Shown here: in pieces, positions 35,736 to 46,840 of the stretch
How positions within the stretch are numbered: position 1 is the first letter of the stretch
Layout: each line of letters starts with the position of its first letter
Source: Tubiluchus corallicola
Taxonomy: Eukaryota > Animalia > Priapulida
Direction: 5' to 3'
NCBI GenBank assembly: GCA_030141605.1
Contig: JAQGDQ010000874.1
Coordinates: forward strand, 1-64,000
DNA length: 64,000 nucleotides
The notes under the pieces: generated by a model
Seen by the model: only the letters and a program-made list of their open reading frames with translations
Database searches by the model: none
Told to the model about the DNA's origin: nothing
Position numbers and translations under genes: made by a program

Positions 35736-38009
35736 CTAATATGCACTTTGCTGTTTCTTATCACTTTCTTCTATCCAATCCCAAACGTTTCTTAAATACA
35801 AATCAGTTTCTCCAATTTGCGCCTTGTTCAATATTCCTTCCCCCTGTTTTACTGCATGTGTTTTTAGTATAGCATGGTACTTTTCAAAATCTGGTTCCAT
35901 TACACCTTTTTTTGATGGTATGGCATCAATATCAAATTTGTTGGCTATAGCATGTGCTGCGTTTTCTGCCAATGTTAACAATGGAATGCCACTCATTTCT
36001 TTATGTTTTAGATCTTCTAAGATATTGACATCATTTAGCAGTGGGTGAAACATTGCGCCTTCTCGGCAACAGTCCCCAATGTACTGGAATATAGAGACAG
36101 CATGAGCTTTCAAGTTTTCTGTGCTCCAGTCATCTTTAGTGGTCACCACTTCATGCAAGAAGGCAACTTTTAACATGTAAGAGTCAATGACCTTATCTGG
36201 TTGATACTTTATTGCTCTGTATAATTCTGGCAAGTTGACATCTAAACTGACCAAAATGGGGTGGAATGCTGAAGCATCAGGATTGGGATATAAATGTATT
36301 TCTTTGTTGCAAGAATACAGGACAGGCTTTACTAGCACCTTTATGAGGATCAACACCATCTTACGGCTGTTGTCTAAGTTCTTTATAAATTCACATTCAG
36401 CAACAGCAAATGTGGGTTCAACTTTTGTTTTTGATTCGTCTGGTTTGACCACGTAGTGATAACTCTTGACAAACTTTGGCCATTTATCATTGGCATTCTT
36501 TGGTACTCCCACTTTTTCAAAACATGGTGTCACATCTACAGAGACTTGTACTATTTTTTTGTTTGGCAACAGAACACATAATTTCAAACATGTACAGACT
36601 TTATTCCATTCCACTACACGTGGAAAGCTGTTTGGCACAATTATTTCTTTAAATTTCTCTTCTTGCAAAGCTGTTGCCACGGCTCTGCACAGGGATTGGG
36701 AAAACATCTCCTTTAATTTTCGTAAATCTGCTGTGAAATCTCCGTGCAGCTTTTCATATTGTACCACAACAAAAAAATCAAACTCATCTGGCTGGCCAAT
36801 CTTTACTCCACAAGCTGAACTGCCAACCAGTATGGGCACAAATCTTATACGATGATTTTCGTAAAGAATTCTGCTAACGGCATCTAACAATTCCTTTATA
36901 TTGGTTCTAATATCGTCAAATTCTTCCACATTTGAAATTGTTCCTAATCCAGGCTCGGAAACCAAGCCCTTTAGAGGCAATCCACAAATATTTTTTGACA
37001 CTGTTTCATCATCCCCTGTGACAGAAAGCTCTGAAGACACTTCTTGCCACATTTGAAAGTACCGATAAGAAAGAAAAAGTCCTGCAATTTGTTTGAAATT
37101 TTGGTTCAATGCCTTTTCGTAAGCTCGTTGGATGCACATATCATAAGCCGTTTCATGAAAGTCATTTAACATTTCGGTCTGAACTCCTACATCAATGAGG
37201 TATTTAACAACGTCTACACTTTGAGCTGATGAGTGAGCATTATAACAAGCCAGATGAATTAGACTTCCTCCATTGTAAAGTTTATTTACTATCTGCCTTA
37301 CTACTTCGCCTGAATACGTATCTTGCACATTTTCATATATTAATTTAAGAACATCCAGTCTACCTTTCATACATGCTAGGGTGAGTGGGGTCCAACCCTG
37401 ATTATTTTCTGCCAGAATGTCAGAGCCCGCAAAAATCAGAACTGCTGCACAATGAACATGTCCTTGCATTGCTGCCGTATGCAGAGCGGTATCACCTTTT
37501 GTGTCTAGGTAGCAGACATTTGCACCTTTGAGAAGCAGCAAAACAAGGGTTCCAAAGTGCCCTTGATTTGCTGCAGCACGGAGGGGAGGACCACCAACTG
37601 AAATGTAAGGATGTTCATCAATTTTGGCGCCATATTTAATTAACAGCTTCACTATTTCAGTGTGGCCTTCCGATGATGCATGCTGTATAGGTCGTAGTTT
37701 AAACTTTTCTGAGAAGCAATCAACTTCTGCTCCATGAACCAACAGCATTTCACAAATTTCTGTATGTCCCGCTAAAGCTGCTAATATTAAAGGCGACCAT
37801 GCTTTGCTTCTAGAAAGACAGTTTATTTCAGCACCCCGTTCAATGAGTTGCTGTACAAGAGAAGTGTGTCCCAAATAACATGCAATTCCAAGGGGGGTTC
37901 TTAAACTCTCATTAAATCTGAAGCCTGGATCATCTAGTTTTCTAGTGATTCGTGATTCACTTTCCATTTCTGCTCCTCTGTTGAGAAGTTCATCAACAAG
38001 CTCAGGCAT
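35736..38009 (-). CDS. Ankyrin-repeat / Mab-21 (cGAS-like nucleotidyltransferase, cGLR) fusion protein, >=757 aa, single exon
   Basis: About 8 ankyrin repeats (TPLGIAC, SPLILAA, TALHTAA, TPLTLAC...), then LVGSSACGVKIGQPDEFDF (cGAS GS..xEFD motif), VSVDVTP (third acidic residue), SYMLKVAFLHEV and DCC..G.MFHPLL..VNIL, matching the Mab-21/cGAS C-lobe. Confidence 0.9.
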   Translation of the reverse strand: MPELVDELLNRGAEMESESRITRKLDDPGFRFNESLRTPLGIACYLGHTSLVQQLIERGAEINCLSRSKAWSPLILAALAGHTEICEMLLVHGAEVDCFSEKFKLRPIQHASSEGHTEIVKLLIKYGAKIDEHPYISVGGPPLRAAANQGHFGTLVLLLLKGANVCYLDTKGDTALHTAAMQGHVHCAAVLIFAGSDILAENNQGWTPLTLACMKGRLDVLKLIYENVQDTYSGEVVRQIVNKLYNGGSLIHLACYNAHSSAQSVDVVKYLIDVGVQTEMLNDFHETAYDMCIQRAYEKALNQNFKQIAGLFLSYRYFQMWQEVSSELSVTGDDETVSKNICGLPLKGLVSEPGLGTISNVEEFDDIRTNIKELLDAVSRILYENHRIRFVPILVGSSACGVKIGQPDEFDFFVVVQYEKLHGDFTADLRKLKEMFSQSLCRAVATALQEEKFKEIIVPNSFPRVVEWNKVCTCLKLCVLLPNKKIVQVSVDVTPCFEKVGVPKNANDKWPKFVKSYHYVVKPDESKTKVEPTFAVAECEFIKNLDNSRKMVLILIKVLVKPVLYSCNKEIHLYPNPDASAFHPILVSLDVNLPELYRAIKYQPDKVIDSYMLKVAFLHEVVTTKDDWSTENLKAHAVSIFQYIGDCCREGAMFHPLLNDVNILEDLKHKEMSGIPLLTLAENAAHAIANKFDIDAIPSKKGVMEPDFEKYHAILKTHAVKQGEGILNKAQIGETDLYLRNVWDWIEESDKKQQSAY

Positions 38010-40356
38010 GTTAAAGTGCGTAGCAGAATGTAGCAGCTTGTTGAGCCCTCGTGTTCTGTCTTCACCAACTGAAGGAGCTAATTGAGTTGTAACGTCACGA
38101 GTGCCGATTTTTGTTCAGCGTCTGACACACTGTCAATAAGTACCTCGATTCTTTCCATATCAACAATCAAAAACACTTCTCACTGTAATCTTTTAGTCAG
38201 GTAGCAAAAAACCGAAGTGGCTAATTTATATTGTGTATCAAAACTATCACACAAACAGCATACAAAATGGTCTTATGTTTTATTTTATTTTCAAGCACGT
38301 AAACTTGTACCAGATAGTAGAACGTTCTAGCGAATAATAATTCCACAAGGTGTAATAGTAAAATTTGTGCATATTGTGCATCGTGATATTAAGACTGACC
38401 TTTGCACCTTAATCACAGCAAACTGATGACAAACAAACAAACAACTTTTCTTGGCAAATAAGACGCAGTTTGTCTAAGCACTGTTATCAGATGTAAATAA
38501 GGAAGCATGGCGTCTTGGAGAAATTGTTGCTGTATATTTAATTCTAAACATGGACTCTTGATACAGTCTTTTAGGTTCATTTTGTTTATTTATTGGTGGC
38601 CATTACATATTTTCAAGGCTTGATAATGTAGTTGTACTCAAAATGAAAATATAATTACTATAGAGCTAGCAATAATTATATATGTACAAGAAAAATATAC
38701 CCAGTCTAAAGGTTGCTGTGACGTCAGCCTGGAATATAAGAACTACCGAGCAGCATTGCAACCCATTTTAATATAGTTGACTTTGTATTCTAGTATGATT
38801 TTGTGTATATCCTATACTTAGGTTGCTCTTAATTTAGTTAATTACTTATGTTAATTGAATGAGTCATTAGTTAATTACTCATTAAGCGAATTTATCTACT
38901 ACAATAAAGCAAGTAGTGACTGTAGGTATATGAGCATGCACCTAGTTCGCTCTGGGAAGGGTCCCACCTCATACCTGTCCTAGATCTCCTTTACAAGAAA
39001 GTAAGTGATTGGTCATACGCTCAACTGAACAGGCTATCTAGCCAATAAATTGTCGTGTTAAAGGACAAGGTCATCCAGTTTTACCTGTTCTAGAAATTGA
39101 AACCCGGTTCAACACAGTGTGGCTTCCGATGAACATTTATTAATAATCGAAGTCAAGACTTAATTACTGTGGCGTCAGAAAGTGATTAAAGGGCACTGAC
39201 ACACCAAAGGGTTTGGTGTTCGAGCCGTGAGGCGAAAACACCAATAAACTGGCTATTATTCGTTATTTTATGTTCTGCTGTAAACGGAAATTCAGGAGAT
39301 CTGATGCAGAAACAACCAAGCGATGACCAGACGTTGTATCAGTGGTTCCACGAGCTCCACGGGCCAGGACTCCACTGCACTCCACTAGGATTGGAGTACT
39401 TTACCACTTATGACTCCGGTACACCTGACACGCATTGTAGAAGTGGTCACATTCCGCCCTGCTCGAGCTTTGGACGAGTAACTGCTCAAGATTCCACGAA
39501 GTTCGCATAGTCACGTTATTCCAGCTTCCAGAGTGATGGAGAACGTCAAATGTTGGAATCCAACAGTGTCCGACTTTTCAGGCACTCCAACGTAGCCTAT
39601 TGAGTAGCTTAGCCTGGTGTACACTTGCGTGATCGTACACATTATTTTATTCATTGCCTGCTTGCTACAGCCTAAGCTGTTTCACTGTTCTACTGCTATT
39701 CCAGGAAAAAACAACTCGTCTGCCAAGAAGAAATTAAGGTCGTTTCATCTTTTAATGAGAATTTCGCCTTAAAACTAGAGTAGAGTTGAGACCAAAGTTT
39801 ATCAGAGTGTTGTGTCTGGACAGTTGAAATTTTCAACATTAGCTGATTTCACACAAGTGACACTGTACATTGTTACAGTGCAAACACTGCAGTTGCTGCA
39901 AGCTCTTTGCAATTTATTCGTCAAAAATCGATTTTTAAGTTGTCTAAGGTAAGCAAATGCATTTCATTTATAATTTTGCATGAAAATCCATTGTGTGAGG
40001 AGTAGAAACCTACAAAAATTGTCAAATATAATGTAATTGTTGGATAGTAAGAGCAATGTCTCATGAACCCGTGCAAAATGCAGCGAGCCCTTGTGGTCAT
40101 GAAGAAGTTAATAGAGTTAAAGGAAGACAAAATGATTTTTCATATACTACCCCATTTTCAAGTACGGTAAAAATACACATTTTAACACATATAATAATGC
40201 CAAACCGTTTCTGGTAATTAATACGTTAAAAACTTAATTAACGACGGGCGAGCCCAGCTAGTGATGACTAGTGATACTACGTCATTAGAGATAGTATGTT
40301 TTAAATTTATGCTTTATAGGCAGTACTTTGCAAATTTCTTTGTCATATTTTTCTAA

Positions 40357-40715
40357 GTTTAAGTGATGCTAGTGATAAATAAATCCAACACACTGAATGA
40401 CTTGTTCTTTCCTTTAGCACACCACAAACAGTTTAAGTGATGGGAGTGATAAATAAATCCAACACACTGAGAGTCTTGTTCTTTCCTTTAGCACACCACA
40501 AACAGTTTAAGTGATGATAGTAGCGATAAATAAATCCAACACACTGAGTGACTTGTTCTTTCCTTTAGCACACCACAAACAGTTTAAGTGATGATAGTGA
40601 TAAATAAATCCAACACACTGAGGGACTTCTTCTTTCCTTCAGCACACCACAAACAGTTTAAGTGATGACAGTGATAAATAAATCCAACACACTGAGTGAC
40701 TTGTTTTTTCCTTTA
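40357..40715. repeat. ~74-bp minisatellite, ~5 units; the same family forms ~7 units at 43716-44262
   Basis: Unit gtttaagtgatgatagtgataaataaatccaacacactgagtgacttgttctttcctttagcacaccacaaaca. Confidence 0.9.
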
Positions 40716-40952
40716 AACAAACTTAAGAACAAAACAATTACAGATCAACTTAGGACAATTAAAAATGCCAACAAAACACCAAAAATTATAAAAAACAGTT
40801 GTATCTATTAACATATAAAAACAGTAGCCATACTATATAGCCTTGTAGCTACACTGGATTTTATATAATGTCTAAAAACAAAAGTAAAAATGTAACAACA
40901 AAAATTAGTTTTTCATGATATGTGATAACAATATAAACAATAGATTTTATCA

Positions 40953-41428
40953 TGAAGCCACCTACAGATCCAATGAAGCCATTACGGATCCACTGAAGCC
41001 ACCTACAGATCCAATGAAGCCATTACGGATCCACTGAAGCCATTACGGATCCACTGAAGCTACCTACAGATCCAGTGAAGCCACCTACAGATCCACTGAA
41101 GCCACCTACAGATCCAGTGAAGCCACCTACAGATCCAGTGGAGCCACCTACAGATCCAATGAAGCCACTTATAGATCCAATGAAGCCACCTACAGATCCA
41201 GTGGAGCCACCTACAGATCCAATGAAGCCACTATGGATCCAATGAAGCCACTGACATATCCAGTGGAGCTACCTACAGATCCGTTGAAGCTACATACAGA
41301 TCCAGCGAACCCACTTACAGATCCGTTGAAGCTACATACAGATTCGTGAAGCCGCCTGCAGATCCAGTGACTCCACTAGCATATTCCGTGAAGCCAACTA
41401 CAGATCCGATGAAGCCACCTACAGATCC
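40953..41428. repeat. 21-bp minisatellite spanning the Greatwall stop codon (~23 units)
   Basis: Unit tgaagccacctacagatcca(a/g/c); the last unit contains the stop codon at 41419-41421. Confidence 0.9.
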
Positions 41429-41465
41429 ACATCTGACACCGAAAGCTGCTGAAGATTATTTCTTG
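41419..41465 (-). CDS. MASTL: Greatwall kinase, last coding exon (ARNNLQQLSVSDVDL*)
   Basis: Acceptor tttctcttcacag; matches the Greatwall C-terminal tail pattern ARN..Q.L.VS; phase fits the preceding exon. Confidence 0.88.
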
Positions 41466-42318
41466 CTGTGAAGAGAAACATAAAAACAAGAACTAATAAG
41501 TGCCGACTACAAGTAATCACCATAGATCCTAGAAGAACTAGAACCTTTACTCTTCACTTGCTGCATTCACCAAATAAAAAGTCCAATCTTTAATGAGTAG
41601 CACACCACAAACAGTTATTCCAAATTACGAAAAAAGGCAAAGCAACAACAACTTCAGGCATAGTAATAAGCCTTTTCACAGTTTTCTTGCGCACATGCAC
41701 ACCTGCTGCAGGCCAAAGGTCACCTGTACCGCAGCAATGAGTCTTAAATACAACCGTCATATGACACCAAAGCCGTCAGCCGCATCAGTTCAATAACGTC
41801 AGTTGTTTTACATGGACTTTACTTAATTATGCATTAGTCTGTGCGTAGAATAATTTACTAGCAGGACCTTACTAGAAAACAAAGGAAACAAAGAACTAGG
41901 TAAGGGTCTAGCTAGCAGTTAAAACTGTTACTATTACAATAGCAGGGGCTGCGAGGCGTTGTCAAGTGTACACAAATGCGTTGTCTGGCACGCTTAACCT
42001 TTGACCTTTTCACGATCATCATCAATTGCTGGAACTGCGAAAAGGCTTATTCTGCCATCAACAATGGTCATTAAAAATACAATAATATAGTAAGTATTTC
42101 ACTATTATACATACAATCACTTCACAAGGCAAACGTTCCATAAACGTATTGTAATAAAAAAATCAAACATGTCTGGCGAAATGGGTGTTTTGTTTTAATT
42201 TCTTTGCTCTCTAGCAAAGCCCAGAACTCAGAAAACGAGAGACCTGCAAAATCACTGCGATTGGTACAACGTATTTCAAGCAGTCTTAGACAAAAGTGAC
42301 AACAGTTGTTAAACTCAC

Positions 42319-42429
42319 CATCAAAGTAGCCAGTATCAAACTGATCGTTCGGCTGTGGAACAAACAGCGGCGTTGTCATTAACAGGTTCTCCCAGTCAAC
42401 ATTGGAAAACATTTCCAAAGTCTTCACAC
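42319..42429 (-). CDS. MASTL: Greatwall kinase exon (GVKTLEMFSNVDWENL...PLFVPQPNDQFDTGYFD; AGC tail)
   Basis: cag|...|gtgag boundaries; AGC C-tail motif F..VDW..L....PFVPQP.D..DT.YF. Confidence 0.92.
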
Positions 42430-44868
42430 CTGCGTTAAAAATCGGTTTTAACCCTTTCTGTCCCAAATTATTTTTCTAACAAGAAAAATTTTTTTAGCTT
42501 GGCACTTTTGTTCAGTATGTCCATCTTGTTTACACATAATAATTATTTTTTCTACCTGTGCCCGCACGCTAAATATAGGATGTATCCCACGGGATACATT
42601 AGAATTCAATGGAAGCATAAAATGTGCTTCATTTTGCAACTGCTGATAATTTTTTAAAGTATTTAAGACATTTAGCATGCATGCTACACTGTTCTGTACA
42701 AAGTCGTCTCTAAAGTACTGTACCTTGCACAGTTTTTTATGCAATGTAGATTTTTTAATTTGCCATTTTATCACCATTTTTAGTCTATTGTTATTGGCTT
42801 AAATCAAAATAACTATTAACAGAGCGAATAACTGTCAGTTTTAAAATTTTATTAATTTTAAAGGTAGAGAATATTCTCGTATCCCACGGGATACAACGGG
42901 TATGAAAGGGTTAAGCGATTAGACAAGAGTTAACCATTTAAGCATTAAAAATTACGTTAATTTTATACGAAAACCGGTGAAACCAGCCACTAAACAACTA
43001 ACTAATAACAAAAGCTACGTTTTCCGACCACTAGGTGGCTCTTGCGGTGGCTGAGAACCCTGCCAAAATGTTGCATTACGTACCAGGGGTAGAGTCAGGT
43101 GCACAGTAGCAATAACGCAGAATATTTTCACGTTACTAACTAAGTTTTTTAACTAACTTTAATTATATTATCCACCATCTATGTCACATGGGGAACAGTC
43201 ATCATTTATTAATCCCAGCATGAATAGCACAATTTATAAGGTCATAACAAAACCACATTAGTGATTAAACATAAAAAATGTAGAATGTAAAAATAGAATG
43301 TAATTAAAAGCGGCGATTCTTAGTTAAAATCACTTTAAAATAGAATAAAATTTAAAGCTACTATAATCAAAATCACACAGAAGTAGAAATAAAACAGTAT
43401 TAAATTGAATTAAAGTAAAATCACACTGGCGCAAAAACTATTAGCGTCGAACTGCCCTAATGAATGTCGGTTAGCTAACGCAGCGTGAAGCTAGCCTGTT
43501 TAACACCTGGGTGAATAGAACAAGCCTGTTCTGAAGTTGCTTTGCAATGTTACGTATTTGCTTTGATAGCTGTTTAATTAGGCGTTACGTATTCTTACAC
43601 AAGAGGAGCAAGAAAGCTTAGATGCGGATTTACGTAAAACGGTTTTCAGCCAAGATGTCAAAAAATGCAAACTGAATGCAAGAACACTTCAAACCAAACA
43701 AATTTGTTTTCTAAGTTTAAGTGATGATAGTAATAAATAAATCCAACACACTGAGCCACTTGTTTTTTCCTTTAGCACACCACAAACAGTTTAAGTGATA
43801 ACAGTAAAATGAACCCAACATACTGAGTGACTTGTTCTTTCCTTTAGCACACCACAAACAGTTTAAGTGATAACAGTAAAATAAACCCAACATACTGAGT
43901 GAATTGTTCTTTCCTTTAGCACACCACAAACACTTTACTGATGATAACAGTAAAATAAACCCAACATACTGAGTGAATTGTTCTTTCCTTTAGCACACCA
44001 CAAACAATTTACAGATGATAACAGTAAAATAAACCCAACATACTGAGTGACTTGTTCTTTCCTTTAGCACACCACAAACAGTTTAAGTGATAACAGTAAA
44101 ATAAACCCAACATACTGAGTGAATTGTTCTTTCCTTTAGCACACCACAAACAATTTACTGATGATAACAGTAAAATAAACCCAACATACTGAGTGAATTG
44201 TTCTTTCCTTTAGCACACCACAAACAGTTTAAGTGATGATAGTGATAAATACATCCAACACCTTAGTTAAAACGCGTTGAAAATTTTCTTCTGTAGCTGA
44301 CTTTGAAACTCGAAGCTGGTTCGAAACTCAAGGCCGGCAAACATTTTTTACATTTGATTTCAGAGCTAAGTTCCAAAACACTAGCAAGGAAAACTAGCAA
44401 GTTCAAATAGGGTTCCCACAGAATTTTCAAATAATTTTCCTGGATTTTGAGTATGGACATTCATACATAATGCGTCGGCAGTTGCAGTAGTGCTAATGAA
44501 ATTACACTAATCACATTAAACCTTCTTAATCTAAATCATTATTTTTGGAACAGAAATTGAAACAGGGAACCTGCCGTAGCAAAATTTTATTTGAACACGA
44601 ATCACTGAGAAATATGTTTGGAAAAATATCGGTTCATGGCGATTATTTTTGCAACCCTTTCCAATTTCCCTGACTTTTCGCATGATTTTCGTCATTTCCA
44701 TGATAGCTCGTATTTTCAAGGATCTTCCAGGATTTTCCGTGACCCTGGGAATCGTGTCAGAAGCATCAGTAGAGTTGGGGTCACCCGGAGCGGCCCGCAA
44801 CCCCCCCCCCCGTCTAGCGATGCCACTGCACAAGACCCAAGTGTAAAATCTACTGCAACTTACTGTAC

Positions 44869-44970
44869 CTTTTAGCCGAGGTCTACTGGAAGGATTCATC
44901 GTAAGAAGCGTTTCAACGGCCGTGACGGCACGTCCGGAGAGGGCTTCATCCCCATCAGGCCATTCCACTT
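44869..44970 (-). CDS. MASTL: Greatwall kinase exon (EVEWPDGDEALS...LLTMNPSSRPRLK)
   Basis: tag|...|gtac boundaries, phase 1/1; kinase subdomains X-XI. Confidence 0.9.
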
Positions 44971-45652
44971 CTACAAAAAGTCATTATTTGTACTGCTGCT
45001 TCACAAAAGTTTTTTGTTAACAAATATAACAACAATACAGGTGGTCAGTACATCAGAATTTTGCCATAAATAAGTCTTTTCACGGTTTCGTTGTGCGCAT
45101 GCACAGTTGCTGCAGGTGAGAGGTAAAGTGTGTGGGTAAAGCAAAGCCGTCTGCCACATCAGTTCAGTAACTTCAGTCGTTTTACGCAGCATTTACTTAC
45201 ATCATACAACACAACACAACACAACATAATATAACATTACATAACATAATATAACAATGCCGTTAACTACAACCGTTACGTGACGTGTGTGTAAAACAAA
45301 GCCGTCTGTCGCGTCAGTTCAGTAACTTCAGTCGTTTTACATGACATTTACTTAATCGTGCAATAGTCTGTACGTAGAGTGATTTACTAACAAGATTTTG
45401 CTTGGGAACAAAAAAATGAACTAGGTAAGGTTCTAGCTAGCTGTTAAAACTGTTACTGTTATAACAGCATGGGCTGCGAGGCGTTGTCAAGTGCGCACAA
45501 ATGCGTTGTCTGGTACTCTTAACCTCTGACCTTTTCACGATCATCATCGATCGTTGGAACTGTGAAAAGACTTATTAAATAACTCCATATAAGACCTGAT
45601 AACCTTCAAATTTGAGTGTTGATACTTAGTTAAAGTGAAGAAAACGACTTAC

Positions 45653-45766
45653 CTCTGCTGAGAATGTGTTGAAATACTAAATCTGGTGTTTGATCGTTAA
45701 AGGGTGGAACACCTGTCAAGAACTCATACAGGCAGACACCAAGTGCCCACCAGTCAACTTCCACAC
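45653..45766 (-). CDS. MASTL: Greatwall kinase exon ([37 protein letters not shown])
   Basis: cag|...|gtaag boundaries; subdomain IX DWWALGV. Confidence 0.95.
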
Positions 45767-46840
45767 CTGTAATTAAAGGAAAACACACCTGTAATCAACG
45801 GAAGACACACCTGTAATTAAAGGAAGACACACCTGTAACTAAAGGATGACACACCTGTAATTAAAGTAAGACACACCTGTAATTAAAGGAAGACACAGCT
45901 GTAATTAAAGGAAGACACAGCTGTAATTAAAGGAAGACACACCTGTGATTAAAGTAAGACACACCTGTAATTAAAGGAAGACACACCTGTAATTAAAGGA
46001 AGACACACCTGTAATTAAAGGAAGACACAGCTGTAATTAAAGGAAGACACAGCTGTAATTAAAGGAAGACACACATGTGATTAAAGTAAGACACACCTGT
46101 AATTAAAGGAAGACACAGCTGTAATTAAAGGAAGACACACCTGTAATTAAAGGAAGACACACCTGTAATTAAAGGAAGACACACCTGTGATTAAAGGAAG
46201 ACACACCTGTAATTAAAGGAAGACACGCCTGTAACTAAAGGATGACACACCTGTAATTAAAGTAAGACACACCTGTAATTAAAGGAAGACACACCTGTAA
46301 TTAAAGGAAGACACACCTGTAATTAAAGGAAGACACACCTGTGATTAAAGGAAGACACACCTGTAATTAAAGGAAGACACGCCTGTAACTAAAGGATGAC
46401 ACACCTGTAATTAAAGTAAGACACACCTGTAATTAAAGGAAGACACAGCTGTAATTAAAGGAAGACACACCTGTAATTAAAGGAAGACACGCCTGTAACT
46501 AAAGGAAGACACAGCTGTAATTAAAGGAAGACACACCTGTAATTAAAGTAAGACACACCTGTAATTAAAGGAAGACACAGCTGTAATTAAAGGAAGACAC
46601 ACCTGTAATTAAAGGAAGACACACCTGTAATTAAGGAAGACACACCTGTAATTAACGGAATACACACCTGTAATTAAAGGAAGACACACCTGTAATTAAA
46701 GGAAGACACGCCTGTAACTAAAGGATGACACACCTGTGATTAAAGTAAGACACACCTGTGATTAAAGGAAGACACACCTGTAATTAAGGAAGACACACCT
46801 GTAATTAAAGGAAGACACACCTGTAATTAAAGGAAGGCAC
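45763..46840. repeat. 22-bp minisatellite (~49 units) made of the splice acceptor plus a transposon terminus
   Basis: Unit acacacctgtaattaaaggaag; the minus strand reads cttcctttaattacag|gtgtgt. Confidence 0.95.
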
